A stretch of DNA of 64,000 bases, from positions 25,852 through 89,851 of the forward strand of contig CAJARJ010000016.1 in NCBI GenBank assembly GCA_903944345.1, written 5' to 3'. Numbering within the stretch: position 1 is the first letter of the stretch; every line of letters starts with the position of its first letter. Made by a program: the position numbers and the translations under genes. Below are positions 37,615 to 46,324 of this stretch, in pieces. The notes under the pieces were generated by a model, which saw nothing but the letters and a program-made list of their open reading frames with translations, had not been told where the DNA came from and did not search any database. This DNA comes from Candidatus Omnitrophota bacterium (GTDB lineage Bacteria > Omnitrophota > Gorgyraeia > Zapsychrales > Fredricksoniimonadaceae).

Positions 37615-38202
37615 ATGCCCCAAGAAATTCCAGGCATCCAGAATCGCGAACTTTATGAGTATTCCCAAATTCTGATTGCGGCAGTTAAAAAAATGTTGCA
37701 CCTCAAGGGTGGACTTGTTCTGTCTACCGAGCCGGATATTACTGAAGAGAAGATTGTTGAATTCGGACGCCGGATGCGGGTGGATGGGTTGTCCAAGTTT
37801 TCCGAGAAGACAGTTTTCTCTAATATTGTTTTTTATTTGAGTAAAACGGAAATGGACAATAAACAGGCAATAGGCAGTCTGGTCTTTTATATTCCGATCA
37901 GTTATATTGCAAAATTGTTGTGGATCTTTGATTATCCCCGGATTGATGAAGACGATGAAACGGCTGTTCTTGATGGTTGCGGGACGGTTGCAAACCTTTT
38001 GGCTGGCTGGTTTGTCAAGGGATTGTGTGGCTTTGGCTATATTCATCTGGAAATGTCACATTTCGAAAGTTTTATTAATACGGCAGTTAATGGTGTTGAA
38101 TTTTCGTCCGATCAAACAGTAAAACATCGGATAGATTTTTGTATCAAGGGTCAGAAAAAACTGGTTGCAGAGTTAACCATGGGGTATATTCCGCGTTATT
38201 AG
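37615..38202 (+). CDS. hypothetical protein, possibly CheX/CheC-like phosphatase
   Basis: …DETAVLDGCGTVANLLAGWF… resembles the E-x2-N…ANMIAG helix of CheX. It is immediately downstream of the receiver gene. Confidence 0.35.
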   Translation: MPQEIPGIQNRELYEYSQILIAAVKKMLHLKGGLVLSTEPDITEEKIVEFGRRMRVDGLSKFSEKTVFSNIVFYLSKTEMDNKQAIGSLVFYIPISYIAKLLWIFDYPRIDEDDETAVLDGCGTVANLLAGWFVKGLCGFGYIHLEMSHFESFINTAVNGVEFSSDQTVKHRIDFCIKGQKKLVAELTMGYIPRY

Positions 38203-38293
38203 CTGTCGCCAGGGAATCCTTCCTTTTACGTTAATCCGGATTGTTTCAGAGAGTGAATCTGGGTTCAAAGACCCGATTCCAAGTGAGGTTTAA

Positions 38294-38914
38294 ATGATCT
38301 CCAGGAAACTGTTAACGGTTTTTGTTGTGGCCGGGGGGATTGCGGCTGTATTGATGGTGCAAACAGTTTTCTCTGGCAGATGGAATTCTGTCCAGGTCAA
38401 GCCCCAGCGTCTCAAGGGAGATCTTGCGGCGGAAGTCATTGTGCTGGAGTTTACGGATTTTCAGTGTCCGGCTTGTGCTCAGGCCGCGCTTATGGTTGAG
38501 AAAATCGTCAGGCAGAATCCCGGCAAGCTGGCGGTCGAGCATAAATATTTTCCTCTTTCCTCTCATAAGAATTCGCTTCCGGCGGCCTTGTTTGCTGAGT
38601 GTGCCTTGAGGCAGGGGTATTTCTGGCCGGCACATGATCTCATATTCAGAACACAGAGTCAGTGGCAGGGTCTGGCAGATCCGTGGCCTTTTTTTATGTC
38701 GAGGGCGCAAAGTCTGGGGTTGGATGTGCAGCAGATAGAAGAGTGCTCCAGGGATCCTGAGTCGTTGCGGGTTATCGAGGCGGATATGAATGAGGGCAAG
38801 CGGCGTGGGGTGCGAGCGACGCCGACTTTTATTGTGCATGATGAGTTGGCTGTAGGGCTTGATGATCTCAGGCAGAAGATAAATCTGGAAGGTGATTTAA
38901 AATCCGGACGTTAA
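38294..38914 (+). CDS. DsbA-like thioredoxin-fold thiol:disulfide oxidoreductase (membrane-anchored/exported)
   Basis: N-terminal signal anchor. CPAC active site in …EFTDFQCPACAQAALMVEKIV…. Confidence 0.8.
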   Translation: MISRKLLTVFVVAGGIAAVLMVQTVFSGRWNSVQVKPQRLKGDLAAEVIVLEFTDFQCPACAQAALMVEKIVRQNPGKLAVEHKYFPLSSHKNSLPAALFAECALRQGYFWPAHDLIFRTQSQWQGLADPWPFFMSRAQSLGLDVQQIEECSRDPESLRVIEADMNEGKRRGVRATPTFIVHDELAVGLDDLRQKINLEGDLKSGR

Positions 38915-38916
38915 GA

Positions 38917-39360
38917 ATGTTTTTTGTGTTTCTACGATGGATTACAGGATTTGTTTTTCTGGTTTCGGGGATAGAAAAGCTTGTGTCTCCTCCGGAAAAT
39001 TTTCTTTATATTGTTCGTTCCTACCAGATTCTTCCTGGCTGGCTGGCCGGTCCGGTTTCGTTTCTTTTTCCTTGGGTGGAGTTCTTTGCGGCGGTTTTTC
39101 TAATACTCGGGTTCTGGCTCAGAACCGCTTTATGGGTTGCTTTATGTTTGGCGGCCGGTTTTGTGTTCTTTGTTTCCCAGGCCTTGTTCCGGGGATTGTC
39201 GATTTCAGACTGCGGTTGTTTTGGAGAGTTGATTCACCTTCAGCCCCGGCAGGTTATTATTCTGGATCTATTGATTCTTGTGGGCGCTGGATTGTGTTTG
39301 CGTCGCCTCAACCAGAGCGCACGCTGGAGCTTGGATGCCTGTTACGCCCGGAATAAATAA
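38917..39360 (+). CDS. 4-TM membrane protein of the DoxX/MauE type with CGC motif
   Basis: Four hydrophobic helices. …LSISDCGCFGE… between TM3 and TM4. The stop overlaps the next start (TAATG). Confidence 0.55.
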   Translation: MFFVFLRWITGFVFLVSGIEKLVSPPENFLYIVRSYQILPGWLAGPVSFLFPWVEFFAAVFLILGFWLRTALWVALCLAAGFVFFVSQALFRGLSISDCGCFGELIHLQPRQVIILDLLILVGAGLCLRRLNQSARWSLDACYARNK

Positions 39361-40829
39361 TGAAGAGACTGTTTGTTTTTATTATGGTTAATCTTTTTCT
39401 GTGTGCCGGCGCTTTTGGCGCAGATGGTCTGAAAGACCCCAATGTTTCGGGGACATTCTATCCTTCGTCAGGGGAGGAGTTGTTGGCGATGGTGCGCGGT
39501 TACCTTGCCTCCGGAGAGGTTGACCCGCTTCATAGTGGTGTTATTATTGCGCCGCATGCGGGGTATGTTTATTCGGGGGAAGTTGCAGGCAAGACTTTCA
39601 AAGCAGTTTCCGGGCGGAAAGTTGCCACAGTTGTTATTCTTGCTCCCAGCCATTATTATGCTTTTGAGGGGGCCTCGGTCTGGGCTGAGGGAGTTTTTCG
39701 TACGCCTTTGGGAGATGTTGCTGTTGATTCCGTACTGGCAGGGAATGTTCTTTCCTCGGACAAGCGCTTTGTTTTTGAGCGTGCGGTATTTGAACGCGAA
39801 CATGCTGTTGAGACGCAGTTACCGTTTATCCAGGCCACCTTTCCTCAGGCTAGGATTGTTCCGATCATTTTGGGCCGTCCGGATTTTGATTTATCGAACA
39901 GTCTTGGACGGGTTTTGTCTGAGGTTGTCGGTGATCGGGACGATGTGTTGATTTGTGTCAGTTCGGATCAGTCACACTTTCATCGGGACGAGGAGGCAAG
40001 AAAAATTGACCAGCGTGGATTGGCGGCCATCGAGCAAATGGACGTCAGGGCCTTCTGGAACGGTCATGTTGATGGTAGTATGGAAGTTGATGCCTTTCAT
40101 GCGATTACGGCGGCCATGATTTATGCCGGGAACAAAGGGCACAATATCGTCAGAATTGTTGATTACAAGACTTCTTTTGACACGACCCGGGACAGTTCCC
40201 GTGTTGTAGGTTACGCAGGCGTTCTTATATCAAGTCCTCCTTTGGAGAAGGCTTCCAAACAGTTGGATTCCATTAGGGATGACGGGGGTCTTTCGGATCA
40301 GCAGCGGGCACGTCTGTTGGAAATTGCGAGGAGTACGCTGGACATGTTTGTCCGGACTGGAAAGATACCGGCTTTTGTTGAATCCGACGCTCGCCTTCGG
40401 GCTGAGGAGGGAGCGTTTGTGACGCTGCGCCATCAGGGTCAGTTGCGCGGCTGTATCGGCAACATTTTAGGCCGTGGACCGCTTTTTAATATGGTGCGGG
40501 ATATGGCGGTGGCTGCGGCTTCAGAAGACCCGCGTTTTCCTGGTGTAACACCTGGGGAACTTTCCGAGATCAAGATAGAGATTTCGGTTCTATCCAGACC
40601 GCGGCGGATTGCCACTCCAAACGAGGTTGTGCTGGGCAAACACGGAGTTATTGTCAGTCGGGGCGGAAGAAAGGGAGTCTTTTTGCCCCAGGTCGCAGTT
40701 GAGACCGGATGGGATCTTGAGCGTTTTTTGTCGGAGCTTTGTGTTCAGAAAACGGGTCTTTCTGCGGATGCCTGGAAAGATGCCGCGACAACCCTGGAAG
40801 TGTTTACAGCAGATGTTTTTGGTGAATAG
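39360..40829 (+). CDS. Memo-like (AmmeMemoRadiSam system protein B) / AMMECR1 fusion protein with N-terminal Sec signal peptide
   Basis: N-terminal MKRLFVFIMVNLFLCAGAFGA↓DG (n-h-c regions, AxA-like site). Memo motifs …SGTFYP…, …GVIIAPHAGYVYSGEVAG…, …VCVSSDQSHF… The C-terminal AMMECR1 domain carries the conserved …LRGCIGNI…. Confidence 0.8.
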   Translation: MKRLFVFIMVNLFLCAGAFGADGLKDPNVSGTFYPSSGEELLAMVRGYLASGEVDPLHSGVIIAPHAGYVYSGEVAGKTFKAVSGRKVATVVILAPSHYYAFEGASVWAEGVFRTPLGDVAVDSVLAGNVLSSDKRFVFERAVFEREHAVETQLPFIQATFPQARIVPIILGRPDFDLSNSLGRVLSEVVGDRDDVLICVSSDQSHFHRDEEARKIDQRGLAAIEQMDVRAFWNGHVDGSMEVDAFHAITAAMIYAGNKGHNIVRIVDYKTSFDTTRDSSRVVGYAGVLISSPPLEKASKQLDSIRDDGGLSDQQRARLLEIARSTLDMFVRTGKIPAFVESDARLRAEEGAFVTLRHQGQLRGCIGNILGRGPLFNMVRDMAVAAASEDPRFPGVTPGELSEIKIEISVLSRPRRIATPNEVVLGKHGVIVSRGGRKGVFLPQVAVETGWDLERFLSELCVQKTGLSADAWKDAATTLEVFTADVFGE

Positions 40830-40859
40830 ATCTTTTGTTAGTCAGGAAAGGATTATGAT

Positions 40860-41120
40860 ATGGCAGCTAATGATGTGAAGTCTGAGGGCGGAAAATCGAA
40901 GAAAAAGGGCAAACGACGTGAGGTAGCCGAAGAGCGTAAGCCGCTTTTCTCGGATCGGCAGCGGAAGATATTTCTGATATTGATTGCAGCCATGCTGATT
41001 CTTGTTCCGGTAGCTGATAATTTCCGCTGCAAGGCAGCTTGCCTCAAGAAGGTCAAGACTCCTTATCCGGAGATCGCTTGCAGTTATGAATGTCCGTGGC
41101 CGTGGCAGCGTTCGCGTTAG
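40860..41120 (+). CDS. small single-pass membrane protein with twin CxxxC motifs
   Basis: 86 aa. Basic N-terminus, one TM (IFLILIAAMLILVPV), then CKAAC…CSYEC. AGGAAAGG RBS. Confidence 0.35.
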   Translation: MAANDVKSEGGKSKKKGKRREVAEERKPLFSDRQRKIFLILIAAMLILVPVADNFRCKAACLKKVKTPYPEIACSYECPWPWQRSR

Positions 41121-41126
41121 GATTCT

Positions 41127-42224
41127 ATGGGGCGCAATGATGTCCGTAATTTATGGATTTTTACTGCGCTGGTTATTGTTATCGGCTTGGTCGCTCTTTT
41201 CAGTGCTTCGCATGAGAACCTCCGGGTTGAGCGCAAGATTTTTTATGACCAGCTCTTTGGCGCCGTGCTTGGAATGGGGATTATGCATTCTCTTGGGCGC
41301 GTTCCGTTGCGTTTTTACTACGACATTGCCTATCCGTTCTATGCTTTGAGCGTGGTTTTGCTGCTGCTGGTTCTTGTTGCAGGGCATTCGGCGCTGGGTG
41401 CTACGCGTTGGTTTAATGTGTTTGGTGTCCGTTTTCAGCCCTCGGAACTTTCCAAAGTCGCTGTTATTCTCATGCTTGCCCGTTATTTTAGTCAGCGTCC
41501 GCCCAAGCTCTCTTTTAGTCTGAGAAGTTCTTTTGATTTTCTCAGACGGGATTTGCTGGTGCCGTTGCTTCTGACGCTCTTGTCTTTCGGACTTATTTTT
41601 AAACAACCGGATCTTGGGAGTGCGCTTCTGGTGTTCGGGATTTTTATTGTCATGCTTTATGCCAGCGGGGTGGCGGTCGGTATTTTTAACGCTTTTCTAT
41701 GCTGCTGTGCTGTTATGGTTCCTGTGGGGTGGCATTTTCTCAAGGAATATCAACGTAACCGTTTGCTGGTTTTTCTTAACCCCAATATCGATCCTCTGGG
41801 AACCGGGTATAATATCATTCAGTCCAGGATTGCGGTGGGGTCAGGGCAATTGTTTGGCAAAGGATGGTTTTCAGGAACGCAGAATCAGTTGAATTTTCTT
41901 CCGGAGAGACACACGGATTTTATTTTCTCAGTGATTGGAGAAGAGTGGGGGTATATAGGGGGAGTTGCTTTGCTGGGTTGTTATTTTATGCTTGCGCATA
42001 CGGGCCTGCATATTGCCCAGGGGCTCAAGGATCGTTTTGCCCGTCAGGTTGCACTGGGGATTACGGCTATTCTGGTTCTGCAGGTGGTAATCAATATTTC
42101 TATGACCATCGGGTTGGCGCCGGTTGTCGGGATCACTCTTCCTTTGGTCAGTTATGGACGGACATCTTTTCTTGTGTTTATGGTGATGATGGGAATCCTT
42201 CTTAGTCTCTCTCGTCGACGCTGA
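41127..42224 (+). CDS. SEDS-family peptidoglycan glycosyltransferase (FtsW/RodA)
   Basis: 10-TM SEDS architecture. …LGSALLVFGIFIVMLYASG…, …GTGYNIIQSRIAVGSGQLFGKGW…. Confidence 0.85.
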   Translation: MGRNDVRNLWIFTALVIVIGLVALFSASHENLRVERKIFYDQLFGAVLGMGIMHSLGRVPLRFYYDIAYPFYALSVVLLLLVLVAGHSALGATRWFNVFGVRFQPSELSKVAVILMLARYFSQRPPKLSFSLRSSFDFLRRDLLVPLLLTLLSFGLIFKQPDLGSALLVFGIFIVMLYASGVAVGIFNAFLCCCAVMVPVGWHFLKEYQRNRLLVFLNPNIDPLGTGYNIIQSRIAVGSGQLFGKGWFSGTQNQLNFLPERHTDFIFSVIGEEWGYIGGVALLGCYFMLAHTGLHIAQGLKDRFARQVALGITAILVLQVVINISMTIGLAPVVGITLPLVSYGRTSFLVFMVMMGILLSLSRRR

Positions 42225-42252
42225 AGTATGGTCTTTTTTTCTCCGGAGCGCG

Positions 42253-42281
42253 TTGACAAAGGTAATCTCGCTCGTTATAGT
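42253..42281 (+). promoter_or_regulatory. near-consensus sigma70 promoter (TTGACA-17-TATAGT)
   Basis: Seen directly. It lies ~90 nt upstream of the ATG at 42369 and inside the 5' part of track ORF 42228..42818. Confidence 0.5.
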
Positions 42282-42368
42282 GATAAAGATGCTGATCCGG
42301 CTTTCTGGTTAGCCATTCTTCAATCTGAGTTCCTTCGCAGGAGGGGGCTCTTTCACGGACTGATCAAT

Positions 42369-42818
42369 ATGCGTTTTGAACGGGTATCTGGCAAGCAGTT
42401 GGGCGAGTTGCTGATCGAACGTGGAGTGCTCGATCGCGACGCTTTAGCTTCTGCTCTGGAGCACAAGAAAAATCATCCGGATCTTTTGTTGGGAGAAATT
42501 CTTGTCAATTCGGGCAAGGTCACCGAGGAAGACATTGTCCAGGCCTTGACCTCCCAGTACGGTTTCCCGTATTTGCCATTGGGCAATTATGAAATTGATA
42601 AAGAAACGCTGGCGGTTATTCCACGAAATCTTTGCTGGCAGTACTGTTTAATTCCTATCGACAGAATTGGCAAGAGCCTTACTCTGGCAATTTCCAACCC
42701 CCTGAATCTGGAAGCTCTTGAGGATGTTGAATTGCTGACGGGATGTGCCACCCAGGTTTTCGTCAGTACATCCCGGGATATTCGTGATGCCATCCAACGT
42801 TATTATGGTTCGGCATAA
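42369..42818 (+). CDS. stand-alone T2SSE_N / MshEN-like domain protein
   Basis: Two 24-residue motifs separated by exactly 5 residues: QLGELLIERGVLDRDALASALEHK-KNHPD-LLLGEILVNSGKVTEEDIVQALTSQ. The start is taken at the ATG at 42369, downstream of the promoter. Confidence 0.75.
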   Translation: MRFERVSGKQLGELLIERGVLDRDALASALEHKKNHPDLLLGEILVNSGKVTEEDIVQALTSQYGFPYLPLGNYEIDKETLAVIPRNLCWQYCLIPIDRIGKSLTLAISNPLNLEALEDVELLTGCATQVFVSTSRDIRDAIQRYYGSA

Positions 42819-44545
42819 TGGCTACTTTCAAGGATCGTATCAAGGCCGTTCTTATCAGGGATCAGATCCTAAAGGCGGAAGATCTTGAGCTTGCCCTGGA
42901 GGAACAAAAGAAGACCGGAGGGGAGCTCTCCGGTATTCTCATCCGTCTTGGAATGATTAATGAAGAGCAGCTTGCGTATCTTCTAAGTGAAGGGCTCAGC
43001 CTTCCGGTTCTTGATATTGCCCGGATGCGTCTTGATCCTGATGTTGTCAGCATTATCCCTCCTGAAGTCTTGCGAAAGTATCATATTCTCCCTGTATCCC
43101 GTCTTGGCAATAATATTTCTTTGGCTATGGTTGACCCGTTGAATATTTTTGTGATTGATAATGTCAAAGCCTTGACAGGGCTGACCATATCGCCGGTTAT
43201 TGGGCGCAGCCGTGATATCCAGGAGGCGATTGAGCGATACTGTGCGCCCCGGAAGGAGGCGGACTCTTTTGCAAAAATTATGCAGGATATAAAAGGAGCC
43301 GATGATCTTGAATTGATCAGTGACGGTGTCGACAAATCTGACAGCAAAGAGACTGAGCATCTTGTCCAGGAGGCGCCGATAATTCGTTTGACCAATACGA
43401 TTATCCGTCAGGCGGTTGTCGCCAAGGCCAGCGATGTTTTTATTGAGCCGGTCGATAATGCACTGAGAATCCGCTATCGGGTCGATGGCGTGTTGCGCGA
43501 AATTGACCGTATGTCGAAGGCCTTGCATTTTCCGATAGTTTCGCGCCTGAAAGTTGTTTCCAATCTTGATATTTCGGAACACAGATTGCCTCAGGATGGC
43601 CGGTTCCGGTTAATGCTTGAGGGCGGACGGGAAGTGGACTTCAGGGTCAATGTTCTTCCGACCGCCCATGGAGAGAAGATTGTTTTGCGTGTTTTGGATA
43701 AAGGCCAGGAGCACGTGAATATTGACAATCTCGGCATTGAGCCTGAGCCTTTGCGTCAGATTAAGGAATGCGCGGTTCGTCCGCATGGGATGGTTCTGGC
43801 CTGCGGGCCGACCGGTAGCGGCAAAACGACAACACTTTATTCCATTCTCAAATTTATTGATTCTTCCGAAAAGAATATTGTGACGGTTGAAGATCCTGTG
43901 GAATATCAGATGAAGGGGCTCAATCAGGTCAATATTCGTTTTGAAGTTGGATTGACTTTTACCTCGACCTTGCGTTCGGTTCTGCGTCAGGATCCGGATG
44001 TGATTATGATTGGTGAAATTCGTGATTCGGAGACGCTGGACATTGCGGTTAAAGCAGCGTTGACCGGGCATATGGTTCTGAGTTCTTTGCATACGACTAC
44101 CGCGGCGGGTTCTGTGGTTAGAATGATTAATATGGGGATTCAGCCGTTTCTGGTTTGTGCATCGGTCAACTGTTTTATGGCCCAGCGACTGTTGCGCAAG
44201 ATATGCCCCAAGTGCAAGGAGGAAATTCGTATTTCGGAAACCTTGTATAACAAGTTGATGATTGCCAGGGTTCTGCCCGGCAAGGATATGGTCTTCTGGA
44301 AGGGCCGGGGGTGTAACCATTGCCAGGGGTCAGGTTACAGCAGCCGCCTCGTTGTCAGCGAAGTTCTGGTTCTTTCGCCAGCGGTCAAGAAGCGGATACT
44401 TTCCGGTTCGGGGGAGATGGAGATCAAATCTGTGGCGCGTGCTGAAGGTATGAAGACCATGCGCGAGGATGCGCTGCTCAAAGCTTCCCGGGGACAGACA
44501 ACTCTCGAGGAAGTGGTCAGGGTTACGGCACAGGATGAGAGTTAG
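42818..44545 (+). CDS. pilB: type IV pilus assembly ATPase PilB / GspE-family secretion ATPase (paralog 1)
   Basis: N-terminal T2SSE_N/MshEN-like motifs. Walker A GPTGSGKTTTLYS, Asp/His boxes, and a C-terminal tetracysteine CPKC…CNHC. Confidence 0.85.
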   Translation: MATFKDRIKAVLIRDQILKAEDLELALEEQKKTGGELSGILIRLGMINEEQLAYLLSEGLSLPVLDIARMRLDPDVVSIIPPEVLRKYHILPVSRLGNNISLAMVDPLNIFVIDNVKALTGLTISPVIGRSRDIQEAIERYCAPRKEADSFAKIMQDIKGADDLELISDGVDKSDSKETEHLVQEAPIIRLTNTIIRQAVVAKASDVFIEPVDNALRIRYRVDGVLREIDRMSKALHFPIVSRLKVVSNLDISEHRLPQDGRFRLMLEGGREVDFRVNVLPTAHGEKIVLRVLDKGQEHVNIDNLGIEPEPLRQIKECAVRPHGMVLACGPTGSGKTTTLYSILKFIDSSEKNIVTVEDPVEYQMKGLNQVNIRFEVGLTFTSTLRSVLRQDPDVIMIGEIRDSETLDIAVKAALTGHMVLSSLHTTTAAGSVVRMINMGIQPFLVCASVNCFMAQRLLRKICPKCKEEIRISETLYNKLMIARVLPGKDMVFWKGRGCNHCQGSGYSSRLVVSEVLVLSPAVKKRILSGSGEMEIKSVARAEGMKTMREDALLKASRGQTTLEEVVRVTAQDES

Positions 44546-44548
44546 ACT

Positions 44549-46252
44549 ATGTTGAGCATTCGTCAGAAAATCATGGATGCGTTACTGGCTATGCCAGGCG
44601 TTTCTGCTTCGCAGCTTGAGACTGCCCAGGAGGCCCAGCGGATCCAGAAAGTCTCTTTTGGTGAAGTGTTGGTCGCACAGGGGATTATTAGCGAAAAGGA
44701 TTTGTTTCTGCTTTTGGTAAGGGAGTTGCACATTCCTTCCATTAACCTGGCCAAGTTTCGTATGGATCCTCAGTTGCGGGAGCTGGTTCCGGAGCGGCTT
44801 GCGCGGCAGTATAATATGGTGCCCATTTCCTTGATGGGTGATCATATGACTGTAGCAATATCAGACCCGTTGAATGTTTTTGCTGTGGATGATTTAAGGG
44901 ATCTTACGGGTAAAGGCATAGATATTGTTATGGGAACGCCGTTGCAGATTCGTGAGGCTTTGGATAAGTTTTATGGCGCACCTGGCGAGGATACTGTGGC
45001 AGATGTTGCCAAGGGGATTGATATAGGGGATTTGGAGATTATGTCTGCTTCTGCAGATCGTACGGAATTCGCCGAGACCGGGGCGGCGGACCAGGCTCCG
45101 ATTATACGTATGGTCAATCTGGTGATCAAGGAGGCCATTCAGCAGCGGGCATCTGATATCCACATGGAACCTACGGAAACCAATATGAGGGTGCGTTACC
45201 GCGTGGATGGCGTTCTGCTGGATGTTCTTGAGATTCCTCGTGAAAGCCGGAATTCTGTTGTGGTTCGCATCAAGATCATCTCCAGAATTGATATTACGGT
45301 TAACCAGGTCCCTCAGGACGGACGTTTTAGAATGCGGGTGTCCGGTAAAGAAGTGGATTTCAGGGTTTCCATTCTTCCCACATCGCACGGATCGAAGATT
45401 GTGATGCGGATTCTTGATAAGGCCAAGCTTTCGGTTGGTTTGGGGCATTTGGGCTTTTCTCAACAGGCGGTGACCCTGATCGATGAGGCGATTGTCAAGC
45501 CGTTTGGAATGATTCTTGTCACCGGGCCTACCGGAAGCGGCAAGTCGACAACGCTTTATTCTATTATCAGCAAGCTTAATACAATTGACAAAAATATTAT
45601 TACTATTGAGGATCCTGTCGAATATCTGGTGGATGGATTGACCCAGATCGAGGCGCGAAGCGAGATCGGCTTGACTTTTGCCGCAGGACTGCGAGCAGTT
45701 CTTCGGCAGAGCCCGGACATCGTTATGGTTGGAGAAATTCGTGACAATGAGACAGCAGACATTGCGATCAAGGCAGCCTTGACCGGGCAGTTGGTTCTTT
45801 CAACCCTGCATACCAATGATGCCGCAGGAGCTATGACCCGTCTGGTGGATATGGGGGTGGAGCCGTTTCTGGTGGCGTCTTGCCTGGTGCTTATTTGTTC
45901 ACAGCGTCTGGCTCGGAAAATATGTCCGCATTGCAAGAAAGAAGTGGAGATTCCGGAGGAAACCTTGCAGTCTTTGCATTTGCCTGCGGATAAAAAGATT
46001 GTTTTTTTTGAGGGGCAAGGTTGTGAACGTTGCCGGCATACAGGTTATCTCGGGCGTTTTGGTTTGACTGAAATCCTGGTGGTGGATGATGCTATTCGGG
46101 AAATGTTGCTGCAGGGGAAGTCTTCGGACGAGATTCGGGATTATGCCCGGAGCGTAAAAGGAATGAAGCTGCTGTGGGATGACGCGCTGGACAGTCTTGC
46201 CCAGGGCAAAACGACGCTTGCTGAAGTGTGCCGTGTCGCGTCTTTTGAATAA
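44549..46252 (+). CDS. type IV pilus assembly ATPase PilB / GspE-family secretion ATPase (paralog 2)
   Basis: Same architecture as paralog 1. Walker A GPTGSGKSTTLYS, tetracysteine CPHC…CERC. Confidence 0.85.
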   Translation: MLSIRQKIMDALLAMPGVSASQLETAQEAQRIQKVSFGEVLVAQGIISEKDLFLLLVRELHIPSINLAKFRMDPQLRELVPERLARQYNMVPISLMGDHMTVAISDPLNVFAVDDLRDLTGKGIDIVMGTPLQIREALDKFYGAPGEDTVADVAKGIDIGDLEIMSASADRTEFAETGAADQAPIIRMVNLVIKEAIQQRASDIHMEPTETNMRVRYRVDGVLLDVLEIPRESRNSVVVRIKIISRIDITVNQVPQDGRFRMRVSGKEVDFRVSILPTSHGSKIVMRILDKAKLSVGLGHLGFSQQAVTLIDEAIVKPFGMILVTGPTGSGKSTTLYSIISKLNTIDKNIITIEDPVEYLVDGLTQIEARSEIGLTFAAGLRAVLRQSPDIVMVGEIRDNETADIAIKAALTGQLVLSTLHTNDAAGAMTRLVDMGVEPFLVASCLVLICSQRLARKICPHCKKEVEIPEETLQSLHLPADKKIVFFEGQGCERCRHTGYLGRFGLTEILVVDDAIREMLLQGKSSDEIRDYARSVKGMKLLWDDALDSLAQGKTTLAEVCRVASFE

Positions 46253-46324
46253 TTCAAATTTTCGCTGTTTAATCCGGAGTGCCCTAATATAATAATTTCG
46301 GAATCAATATGGGAGTAAACAATT

